Shown here: positions 27,773 through 39,557 of the stretch, piece after piece
How positions within the stretch are numbered: position 1 is the first letter of the stretch
Layout: each line of letters opens with the position of its first letter
Assembly (NCBI GenBank): GCA_951406725.2
Contig: OX597817.1
Span: 115,568,001-115,632,000, forward strand
Direction of reading: 5' to 3'
Length of the DNA: 64,000 nt
Source of the DNA: Octopus vulgaris
Taxonomy: Eukaryota
The notes under the pieces: generated by a model
The model's input: the letters and a program-made list of their open reading frames with translations, nothing else
Databases searched by the model: none
What the model was told of the DNA's origin: nothing
Position numbers and translations under genes: made by a program

Positions 27773-29369
27773 TATATATATATATACGTATATATATGTG
27801 GGTGTGGGTGTATATATATATATATATATGTATACATATATATATCATATACATATATGTATGTATATACATATATATCAATATGCTTAGATGTATGTAC
27901 ACATACGTATATATATATGTACATATATATTATTAATATTATTATATGAATGAACGCCACGAAACTTCTTCCAAGTGACTTTAATCTTAATAATTCTGAT
28001 GCACGCCCTATACGATCTTTTTACTCTTTCGTTTTTCTCTCTTTCTATCTCTTATTCTTTTACCCTAATCCTCTCTCTCACTTCATAAATATTCAGAGAG
28101 GCATGTACAATATAAGAAGAGAGACAGAGAGAGAGAAAGAGAGAGAGTAAGAGAAAGAGAGTGAGAGAGAGACTGTGAGACAGACAGATAGATAGAAAGA
28201 GAGAAAGAGAAAGGAGGAGAGAGGTGTTTCTGCAATGTGTAGAGCGTGTCTATCTATGCACTCATTAATTTTAATTTAACAATGTAAAGTGAATATCGAC
28301 CTGATATTAGTAACGTTTCAAAATCAAATATAAGGACTCGCCAAATGTGCACGCAGTTCAGGATGAAACCTGAAGTAATTTATTCCAATACTATCTAATT
28401 CCTGATCAATTTATATGTTTTTAAAAATTTTTTAGTACTTCTAGCCATTAGACTATGACCAATCTATGCACCAATTTCAAGTGTTTTAGTCGAGGGTCTC
28501 AAAAGATTATTCCATCCGGTATTTATTTTATTGATATAAACTTAAGCGATCGCTAAATTATGCTTTCCTATAAAGGTACGCAGGCCTTTTCTACACTGGT
28601 GAACAAACGTGAATAGACAAAAACATAGGAGAATGCAGAAAGAGAAACAGATCCATGCACACACACACACACACACACATACACACACAAACACACACAC
28701 GCCACACAAACACATACACACATATATGCCTGTAAACGACATATAGTTAACTTATAGATATCATGTATTTCCAGGTAGGGTGCGATTTATGTGACTGAGA
28801 ATACACGAAGTATAAATGTTAAGTATATGAGGTTGATAATGTGTATCACACTAGTGCTGATTCAATTTCACACACAAACACACACGCACACACACACGCA
28901 CACACACACACGCACACGCATATTTATATATATACATTTATATTGCGGATCTTACTGCAGGTGTGTACGTGTATACCACATTCTGCTTACTTAGACATCG
29001 ACCGTATAAAAGCTTCAGTAAAAGAATGATCGCCCAAAGTACCACACAAAGTAAATGTAAACGCATAACCATGCTGATGCTTCCACGTAGCGATTTCGGC
29101 ATCGATAGCTTAATAGTTGCTAGGGGTTCATATAATTGTAGAGAAGACAATTATATCACTGAAATTTACAAGATAACCACCAATGCAGACACAACAATAT
29201 TAATTTTCATTGCTTCTTTTTTTTTAAACGGAAGAACGTTTGTAAATGTTGTCGAGATTTTATAAGTGATATTTTACATATCCCTTATCTCTCGATAAAC
29301 ATTAAGCAAAAGAGCTATATCCTATTTTCTTAATACGTCTCACACACATGCGTGCACATACATATACGC

Positions 29370-29411
<42 letters not shown>

Positions 29412-29491
29412 ATACACACACAAAAACATATATATATATATTTACATACATACATACAAACATACATGACACACACACACACACACACACT

Positions 29492-29529
<38 letters not shown>

Positions 29530-31153
29530 CATTCGTATATAACGTATGTATATGTGTATATGCGTGTGAGTAAAGTTTAAATAGCTTCGTTTCCTTCCGA
29601 TAAAATATACCATAAAAATTGAACCTACAATCTCATTTAACAGTAAAACGTGTGTGAACATAAGGCTTCTAACATTACTAAACTTAAGATAAATAGAATT
29701 TCTGAGATAAAGTGAAACCAATTTAGAAATTTTTATATCACTTACTTTCTTTAAAACAAACTTTCGGAAACATTACTTACTTTCTAGTCTACGGATATGT
29801 TCTATTTTATAATAGTCTAACTCAAGATTAAAGAGTAAAAATGGTTTATTAATGTTTATTGTGTCAAACACACTGAGTGATATATAGATAAATAGCAATG
29901 AGTTATTATTATTATATATATTTTCCTATGAACTACCTTGATACAGTTGAACGTTGCAAGTAAAACATTAGATTATATTTGACATGAAGTTTTCAATAAG
30001 CAGTATGAAAATTTCAAAATAAAACTAGCATGACAACTCTTTTTTGTATTTTTTCTTCTTTATATATGTATATATTTTTAGTTCGAAATATATTTCCTAC
30101 AATATATCAAAAATGTTCCACAAAACTTGTAAGCATTCATAGTTTAGAGAACAGCTAGATTTAAATATTTACATAATAACATGAACTCTTGTCTAAATGT
30201 CTAAAAAATGGTACTCGGTGAAAAATAAAAAAGAAAGAAATTGAGTATGAAAGTGGACTGTACGTTATGAATAACTGATAGAAATGATCAACCGTCTAAT
30301 TCAGTAAAGGAAAAACAACGGTTAAAAATATGAAAATTCTATAATAGGAAACAAGCACGACATAGAAAAGTTTACCTTATCAAGTTTTAGATGAAAGATA
30401 TCGGGAAAATGACAGCCGGCATATCAACATATGTTTTATATATTTTGTAAATTTGTAAATATAGAATAATGTGCATGGCTTCTCTGTCTTAAGACATGAA
30501 ACCTTTATAAGTTTAATAATTACTTGCCTAGATATGGATATTTCGAAACCTTTGACTCAGTGATCGCCCATCAAGATACAGTCTAAGGATGTTTTATATA
30601 AATTTGTATTTACATATACTTGTTTTGTGGTATGCAAAAAAAAAAGTTGTTATTTCCTTTTACTTAGAATGTTATGTACGCTTCTGATTTAGAAGAAAAA
30701 ATGGTTCTGCTTTTTCTTATGTAAATAACGGTGACGAAGTAAATATAATAAAACTCTAAAACTTGACTAATAATTTAAGATATGTATAAAGTTGTGTGAA
30801 AAGTCTGCGACTAAAAATATTTAAAAATAATGTTTGAAGCTGTACGCCGGAAGGGTTTTTATAAAACATGGCTGTCTATTCGTAAACTTTGTAAACAAGA
30901 TACATGCGTATGGCAACACGCACTCTCATATTTTTATAAACCTGAATATATATACGCAAGTTATAGGTGAAATTGTTCGGCTTAAAGAGTTTAAGAACAT
31001 ATTTTCAGTCGCAGGGCGTATGAATTTTTCTAATTTATACTAGTAAAATTAGCAAAGCCGTGAATATATGTGTGTGTCAGTGCGTGTGTGTGTATTTGTA
31101 TGCATATCTGTCTGTCTGTCTGCCTGCCTGTCTGTCTGTCTATTTGTCTGTCT

Positions 31154-31204
<51 letters not shown>

Positions 31205-31207
<3 letters not shown>

Positions 31208-31650
31208 TAAAGAGAATGCGATAAAAATCCAAGGCTGTGAAACATTTCATAACATTTATAAATATAATGTCTTACAGCTGTTTCCGGGATATTTTATATC
31301 TCTGCATATCTCACGTCTATTCCTCCACTTCACTCTCTATTTCATATCTTATCTAGAATAACTACCGTTTAACCATTTCTCACACCGTCTCCGATGAAGG
31401 GATATATGAAATATCCCGGAAACAGCTGTAAGACATTCTATTTATAAATGTTCTGAAATCTTTCACGGCCTTGGATTTTTATCTCATTCTGTAATTTTTT
31501 TCATATATACACATGCTCATATATGAACTACGTTGGAATCCTCATTCACATAATCACTGAACCTGGAGCTTAACTATAGTCTGTCCATAGCACTTCCTCA
31601 GCGTTACCTGACAATTTGGGTCTTATTGACACCATTACCTCTAATAACTA
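31205..31650 (+). mobile_element. Non-coding PLE/retrozyme-like unit, family H1 (inverted arm + HHR + conserved tail), in (TA)n
   Basis: About 31211-31294 is the reverse complement of about 31409-31490; contains an HHR; tail is homologous to 51955-52095. Confidence 0.8.
31387..31434 (+). ncRNA. Minimal type-I hammerhead ribozyme (U4C variant)
   Basis: Stem I GTCT/AGAC; core CCGATGA; stem II GGGATAT/ATATCCC; GAAAC-AGCT-GTA with palindromic stem III. Confidence 0.75.
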
Positions 31651-32740
31651 TATATATATGAGAAGAAAATAGGTATAATAACAAAGGGAACTCGTGGTTT
31701 TTCGGTGGTATGCCTTTAATTACATAACAAAGAAGGAAAAAGCAGAGATGAAGGTATTATTATGGAATGTGGAGGCGAGTGGGTTTGCGGGGTGACTATT
31801 TGTGTGTAAGTGTTTAAGGTGTTTCCCAGAAAAATTGAGAACAATATTTTTTGTTTTCACGTGGGCCCTTGTGTATTTTCAAAATACCGGTTGAATAGCC
31901 CCTCTTGTGTTCATGCAGGCCTCTATGCCTTTCATAATCCCAAACTAGAATAATCATCTCTATAAGTGTAATTAACCGGGAAACACCTTAAATACTTACA
32001 CACAAATAGTCACCACGCAAAACCACTCGCCCCCACATTCCGTAATAATACAATTTGCTTATACATAGGGCCCCTCCTAGCCATAATACATTTTTAAACC
32101 ACCCAAAATTTGGTATGAGTTAGCTCCATTTTCACCCTGTTAGAGTTACCCTCCCTCACCTGCACCGCCGGTGATAACTAATCGTCGAATTTTAAAAAAA
32201 TGAATACCCACGTGCGAAAAAAGTGTGCTAAATTAAATTAGGAACTCCGCACCTAAATAATATTCATCCCGCCCTAAATACCCAACGAAACTAACCAGTC
32301 TACCACAAGCAAACTCCTGCCCAGCGAATTTACCAGAGCAAGAATAAAATTTAATGTAAGAATTACTACCTCTGTTTTATATTACCATCACATGTGTATA
32401 AATTATTTTCGCATGCTAACCGATGCATCTATCAATATTCGCATTCTGAAGAGATTTACTTAAACTTTAAATTGAAACGATTGTAAATGCCACCTTCATC
32501 TCTGCTTCTTCCTTCTTTGTTATCTAATTAAAATAAAGATATACCAGCGAAAACCACGAGTTTCCCATTGTTATTATATCCATTTATTTCTCCTATATAA
32601 CCTAAACTTCAGTTTACCAACCGAACCACCTGCTACCGTACAACCTTACAAAAGTCTTTACCTACCCAGGTAATAACCAGGAGCGACTTTAGATTTAATT
32701 ATCCCTTACAGGTATGAAACCACTCTGATACCTACACTAT
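31650..32740 (+). mobile_element. Penelope-like element 3' relic with nested inverted segments and HHR
   Basis: 31655-31755 is inverted to 32492-32600, and 31755-31827 is inverted to 31978-32050; KLGTPHLN near 32255-32278 resembles a PLE GIY-YIG ORF end; flanked by TA runs. Confidence 0.65.
32441..32490 (+). ncRNA. Minimal type-I hammerhead ribozyme
   Basis: Stem I GCATT/AATGC; CTGAAGA; stem II GATTTA/TAAATT; GAAAC-GATT-GTA. Confidence 0.8.
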
Positions 32741-33129
32741 ATATATATATATATATGCATAAGTTAATATTTTGGTTTAGGTACTGTTCCTAGTAGTACG
32801 CCGATAAAGTACGTTCATGTCTATGGCTACCTGATGTCATCCATGGTAATTACGCAATTTTTTCTGGATCGACCTCGCAATTCCTTAGTGTGCGTTGGGT
32901 AGAAGACAAATCATAGAGACAGAGAATTGAATATAGGGGAAATTTTATTGCTCACAACGATATTTCAACACATTCCGTATCGATCCCACGTGGGTGGGAA
33001 ACTATACAACTAGTTTTGATGCCTCACTCGGTGACGAAGCGTCTCATCAGGTAATGTAATAAGAGGTATCTCATTCAATGAACTCTGTTTCGCTAGGATT
33101 TAATACAACATATTATTATTGGTAATATT

Positions 33130-34030
33130 ATTATTTCTAATTGGTAAGGTTAGAAGGAATGCTCTGTTCAGTTGCTTTAATATACTATCGAAACAACATC
33201 ACTGATGCCCTCATGTTCAGTGTCACAGAAACAGTTTTCTTTATCATTCAGATCTGAGTTAAACAGGGTTGCGTCATCGCCTCAACGTATTTTATCGTTT
33301 TCTACGTACCATCCTATACATTGATAAATTTCGTTTCTTCTAGGGCATGATATCAAATACAGAACAGATGCAAGATTAATCCTGTGCATAGTGTTGAGGC
33401 GAAAACAACAAATCGTCTTTGACCATTGTAATGACCTTCAGCACTCCGACCATAATAATGTAGAGCTTACTAGTAGAAGAGAGATTGGGCTTAATGTTGC
33501 TTTCGAGCAGATGCGGCTCACTTTGAGTTTATTTTACACCCTGTTACTACCACCCTCGATCGCCTGGCATGAGGCTGTAACGACAACTAGTCGAGATCAA
33601 CAATCCTTAGATATTAGGGCGTCAGCTATTTGCTAATACTGATTATGAATATCCAAAATCTTTTGAAATGGCCAAGAGCTACCCTATGATCCTTGTGAAC
33701 GAAGGATTTTTTTTTATAACCGAGACATCTGGACAGTTACAAAGTTATTCGTGGGTAAGGCTGTTGTAAATCTACCCGGATAATTTGCTGTCGAAATCTA
33801 ATCCATTTCCATCGCTTCTACTTGCATTGTCTTGTGTGCGTTTCTGCAACCATAACGGCATCATTCAAAAGGCAAAACAAGGCAGCATTAAAGTGAAATA
33901 ACCATTTATGGTGGGTGGGTCAGGTTATGGAATGGAAGATAACCACCATTCCATCAAGTTCTTTTCAAGAGACAACACAACTATTTGAGAGCAGAAGCGC
34001 TTGATGGAAGATGCTGATGATAGCCATAAG
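33130..34030 (+). mobile_element. Decayed RTE-like LINE reverse-transcriptase fragment
   Basis: VKQGCVIAST near 33258 (cf. GVKQGCVLAPTLF) and DLQHSD (degenerate ELQYADD); frameshifted. Confidence 0.55.
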
Positions 34031-34456
34031 CATCTCTAATCATTAATGATTAGTTTAACTTTTTGAAATAGAATATATTCGTAAATAGAATATATATGTA
34101 AGCGATTAATATTTCCCTCAATCAATTTACATATAATTTTCCTAATGCTAAATCTGTTTACCAAATAGTAGTAATTGGCATTGTATTGTGACAATCCTTT
34201 TCTATCTACCCAAATTTCTTTATATGGAACTTTGACATCTATTTCACCCCTATTTCTATAAATAGAAAATATTTCTTGTCTCCTTTCATTTGTCCATACT
34301 TCTCAGAACCTTCTAGCAGTTTATAGCAACTGAATATTATTCAGTCACTTGATAAACTCCACTACCTTAAATGTTCTTAAAATTTAAATCCACAGCTTTG
34401 TCTATATATCTACCTTCTCTATAATGCTATCATTTGATATGAAAATTATGTATTAA

Positions 34457-34540
34457 TGGCTGATGAGTGCTCAGCATTTTAAAACTGTTGTAATACTTAC
34501 AACATTTAATAAAATGATGTAGTGCGAAACGATCGTACCA
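34457..34540 (+). ncRNA. Type-I hammerhead ribozyme with extended stem II (family H3, copy 1; host unit about 34200-34575)
   Basis: TGG-CTGATGA-GTGCT...(59-nt stem II containing TGTTGTAA/TTACAACA)...AGTGC-GAAAC-GATC-GTA-CCA. Confidence 0.8.
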
Positions 34541-34573
34541 AATTACCGACGTTATTCTTGCTGCTTATTTTGG

Positions 34574-34605
<32 letters not shown>

Positions 34606-35406
34606 CAACCTGCCTTCTGGACATGAACACGAGTAAGACTGAAAAAAGAAGCCTCATTTATCCACTAATATAAACCAGTATTAAAAATGAAACCATATTA
34701 AAAATAAAGTACTTACCCCATCAAATGGAAGATGTAAGCCAGAATAATGCAGACAACATAAAAAAACAAAACAATAAAAATTACTGATTTACCTCAGCTT
34801 TACTGCAAAATAAATCTGTGAGCAATTATCTCCCCTGGCAATATGTATTTTTCCCCTAGCAATTTGTCTCTTTCAGTTTGATGAGCAATGCGAAACCGGT
34901 GCTTATTTCAATTATGTAGAAAGAACTTTATTTTGTACAAGATTGTATATGTTTATTATCATGGCTCTAATATACTCTTAAATCCTGTGAAACAAATCTG
35001 TCTTTCCATCTTATCTCTTTCTCTGTATATACATACATACATATATACATGCACACATACATACATATATACATGCATACTTGCATATATATATATATAT
35101 ATATATGTACGTATAAATGCATGCATGTATGAGATCTTATGCTGTAATGTTTATCGCGTGCTAGAATATTTTGATGCATTAGGAAATACATCGAATATAA
35201 CTTCGAAGTACGTTAGAGAGTTTCAACATCATTACCATGACGCTGTGTAGTTAAGAATTATGAGAATGAATATTAAGTTCTGTCTCCTGAAAAAGAAAGT
35301 CAGTCATTATCTTGTAAATTCCATTTATGTAATTGTCCTTATCTAAGAAAATATTAGTCTAGCAACTATTAGAATATAGATGAAGTTATCACCATGTGTA
35401 AACACA

Positions 35407-35560
35407 GCCATAGCTGTGTGGTTAGATAGTCTGCGCAAGAATGAAATGATTCCATGTTCGTTCATAGTAGGTGGCAGGTTGCATAAGTGGTTGCTACTGA
35501 AACCTTGAGGTGATCAATGTCTTATGTGTGAATTGCGATGGGCTCTGTGCAGAGGGGACA
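35407..35560 (+). mobile_element. Degenerate tRNA-derived SINE family C, 5' part
   Basis: TAGCTGTGTGGTTAGATAG...TTCCATGTTCGTTC...GCATAAGTG resembles the family C head. Confidence 0.55.
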
Positions 35561-35612
35561 TCGTATTATATATATACACATACATACACATATATCTCCC
35601 TTTCTCTCTCTC

Positions 35613-35696
<84 letters not shown>

Positions 35697-35736
35697 TTAT
35701 ATATACAAAATAAGCAACAAGAATGACTCCGGTAAT

Positions 35737-35819
35737 TTGGTGCAATCGTTTCGTACTATATCATTTTATTAAATGTAAGTATTACAACAGATTTAAGATG
35801 ATGAGTACTCATCAGCCAA
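35737..35819 (-). ncRNA. Hammerhead family H3 copy 2 (cleavage triplet mutated to GCA; host unit about 35703-36060)
   Basis: Minus strand: TTGG-CTGATGA-GTACT...AGTAC-GAAAC-GATT-GCA-CCAA; flanks align with 34200-34575 in inverted orientation. Confidence 0.75.
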
Positions 35820-36076
35820 TTGTAGAGATTTTCCATTAATACAAAAGTTTTCAAATCAAGTGGCAACATTATAGAGAAGGTAGATATGCAGACAAAGATG
35901 TAGATTTAAATTATAAGAACATATGAGGTAGTGAAGTCCTTCCGCTGACTGATCAAGATATGGCTGTTCCTAAACTGCTATAAGGTTAGAAGTAATAAAG
36001 ACTTTTTAATTGTAGAAATGGGGTAAAGAAGGTTTCAGAATACCATAAAAGGAATTCATGTTGAAGACAGCAGTTG

Positions 36077-36134
<58 letters not shown>

Positions 36135-36282
36135 ATCAGTCGAGTAGTTAAAACATTCTCTGGTTTTCAAGTTTTTTAATTATGGAAATTTAACATGAAA
36201 AAAAAATATTTTGAATCTTTATAAAGTTCAATTGGCAGATCGAACATTTGACTGATCGTACATTTTGATAACTATCGTTACT

Positions 36283-36600
36283 TGCATGGCATATTAGAGT
36301 CAGCGTCGGGCTCACAATCATGGGGAAGTGAGTTCGATTCCCAGGCCGGGCGTTTTTTTGTGTTCTTGAGCATGACACTATTTCGCGTTGCTCCAGTTCA
36401 CTCACCTGCAGAAATAAGTTGCAACGTCACTGGTGTGAAGCTGTATCAGCCCTTGCCTTTGCTTTTGAAAAAATCCATGACAAGGAGAGGGGAGATTGAT
36501 ATGCATGGGCGAATGCTGGTCTTCCATAAACAACCTTGCCACGGAGCGTAACTTTATAGTTGCAAACCCATGGCCACTCATGACCCTAGGGGGTCTTTAT
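36283..36600 (+). mobile_element. tRNA-derived SINE family D
   Basis: B box GAGTTCGATTCCC followed by TGTGTTCTTGAGCATGACACT; related copy at 61849-62110. Confidence 0.7.
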
Positions 36601-39007
36601 CCTATAGCAATTACGCACAATAACTAGGGATAACTAACAAGAATGATATTAAACAAGGAGGTCGTGGAAAGAAGTTAAAAGGAACTAGTTACAAAGACAT
36701 TATAATTATAATATCAATTATAATACCTTCGGCTCTTGCTACGTTATCTTTTCCCATTCACTTTAACTGTTTCTCTAATTCATATACGACTCCATATACG
36801 ACGATTATACCAAAACGTAAATGCGGGCATGCCTTCCTTTATTAATTGACACAGATCGCTCAACCTGCATGTATTGATAGAATAACCTTCTATACAAAAC
36901 AATTCTCCATATCGAATCCGTCTCTTGAATCCACCCTCATAAAATTCTAGTGTGCATAGTTGTATTTGCCATCTTACAGCCACTTTCAACTAATACGTCT
37001 CATAAAATCGTTGTCACCGAAGACTAAACTTCAGCAAGCCGATCACGGTTGAGTCAAAGTGCCAGAGGTAGTCTGTACGATGAATGGGAGCCAGTGAACA
37101 ATCGAATTTTCCGATTACGAAGATTCTCGCAAAATACGCGTCTGGACGAACATTGTAAAGACAAGTGTTGGTAATTTTCAAATGTTTGCTCCATCACTTA
37201 CACCTAATGTGATTTTAATTGTCTTAATGTACTATTCGCAATAAATTAGAGAATGATGCCTTTATTATCCCTCAAAGGGTCACCCTGGATTTCTGTGCGC
37301 AGGCTGCCTCTTGCACTTCTCAGGCGTTGGAGAAGTGGATTGACGTCATGGTATTGGCTGAGGCTTCGTTTCGGCTTCCGAAAAATATGCTCGTTTTTAA
37401 TCGTACCCCCACATAAAAATAAATACATAAACGAATAAACATATAAATAAACATGTCACCATTAGCTTCAAACATTTCCAATAGTAAATAGAGGAATCTT
37501 AAACTTCTTCCCTTTGATTTAGGTGTCAAAAATACCAAACATAGCCACTTCGCGCACACTTTCTAATATCCAAAAGCATCTATCATAATTTGTAATGCAT
37601 CGTGATGTGGCTTTTTTCTTTCTTTAAACGAATTCCTTCATTGAGTACATTACTCTTGCTAACGTAAATAACATGGAACAATAATTTGCCTACAATCAAG
37701 TAAAATTTGAACAACATGTGCTATTTCAATGACCTCTGTTAATTATTTAAAAAAATTGGCTAATTTTTGCAATAGTTTCTTGACAAATCTTGTATGTTTT
37801 AGACATTATTAAATGTTTTTATATGCCCTTCAGTAATTGCTTATCTCGGCTGTGCTCTTTCACATATACCTTTTTACATTAATTTGGTTGCAAGAACTTT
37901 CACCTGTTTTTCTCTCTGTGGAGGTGAACATACCAATGAAAACATGTCACTTGCTAAACTATTACCTTGAATACTTAATACAGTTACATTAAATGATTGC
38001 TAACAGTGTGTTTAATTGAAATTAACTTCGCAAGCGAATAACATTTAAAGCTTCGTTCTTTAATAAGTTTAGAATTTATGGTTTAAATGTCTCAACTAAA
38101 TACCACAAAGAATGATTTTTAAACATTATTTATTTCTAGAATTTTGAAATACAATTAGTAGTAATGTTTTATTCTTGGTGAAAAACCCCTTTCAGATGAG
38201 TCGTAGATTTTGGAGACATATTTTAAGTAGAATGTATTTCTACATTGTATTTGACTAACTCTTAATGATAAGTAAATTATTCGTATTATATATAAAAAAA
38301 GGCAAGGCTTAAATTTATAGATTGCTTATAATAACTTAACTTTTTTTCCGATGAAGTATTTTAAATGCATGATTATAGTCTCTTCGTATTACTTTTGTAA
38401 CATTAATCCGATTAGCACATTTAAAGAGAGATTAATGCGCACGTCTGTCTGCCGTGTTTTATATGAAGATATGTTCAGAAGTCAAAGATCAGTAATAGTG
38501 TATAAAAGCATTGCTGTTAGATATTCGTTTTAAGAGATGTATTCGGTTTTCCACACGCTAGGAAATTAAAACTAAAGGACAGTTTATCCAATATGTACGG
38601 CATCATGTAGGCCGAAATATGATTTCCGTTTACAAAAATGTTTGTTCACTGTATAATTCACAAATCTGAATCGTATTTCTTTTGTATTGTTATAGCTAAG
38701 TGCACGTAAATGAATGAAATAGCACAGAATGGTGTTTGGTTATTTAAATCGTATGGTGCACTTTCATAATCTGTTCACGAAAATAAACATTGAAGAAAGT
38801 TATAAATGCTTTATCATGTACCACTTCAGTTACTCGGGTTTATGAAATGGGTAACAGATAAATATCACACAGAGGTCTACATTTTTATGAGGAGTAATTG
38901 CAAATAAGGAAGATTGATTGGCATATATGTACTGTACCTTAGTCATGTATTCGTCATTCATAAAAAAAATTCTCTACAAATCTTAGAATTTGTCGTTTAG
39001 AAGACAC

Positions 39008-39207
<200 letters not shown>

Positions 39208-39273
39208 ACATCTTTATCTGTTTCAGTCATTAGACTGTGGCCATGCTGTGGAAGTGCCTATAAAACTAATGTT

Positions 39274-39353
39274 TGATCGCGATGGGATTTGAACCCACGC
39301 CTCCGAAGACTGGTGCCTAAAACCAGCGCCTTAGACCACTCGGCCACACACAC
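39274..39353 (-). pseudogene. tRNA-Leu(TAG) pseudogene; 5' acceptor strand replaced by (GT)n
   Basis: TGGCCGAGTGGTCTAAGGCG, anticodon arm CTGGT-TTTAGGC-ACCAG, long variable arm, GTGGG-TTCAAAT-CCCAT, 3' CGCGATCA; the 5' seven bases GTGTGTG pair poorly. Confidence 0.85.
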
Positions 39354-39482
39354 ATACATGTATCCATATATATACTTATCTATCATACATACATACACAA
39401 ATATGCGACCGCACACACTCAACCTCTCTCTCTCTCACACACACACACATTCACACACATGTACATACACACAGACACACTC

Positions 39483-39557
<75 letters not shown>

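Noticed and set aside
34610-34805. Minus-strand GTAAGT donor and TTTTTTCAG acceptor with a hydrophobic reading frame
   Set aside because: Upstream in-frame stop and weak second donor; plausible by chance in T-rich DNA.
37246-37438. Short overlapping ORFs in a GC-richer patch
   Set aside because: No recognisable domain or convincing splice sites.
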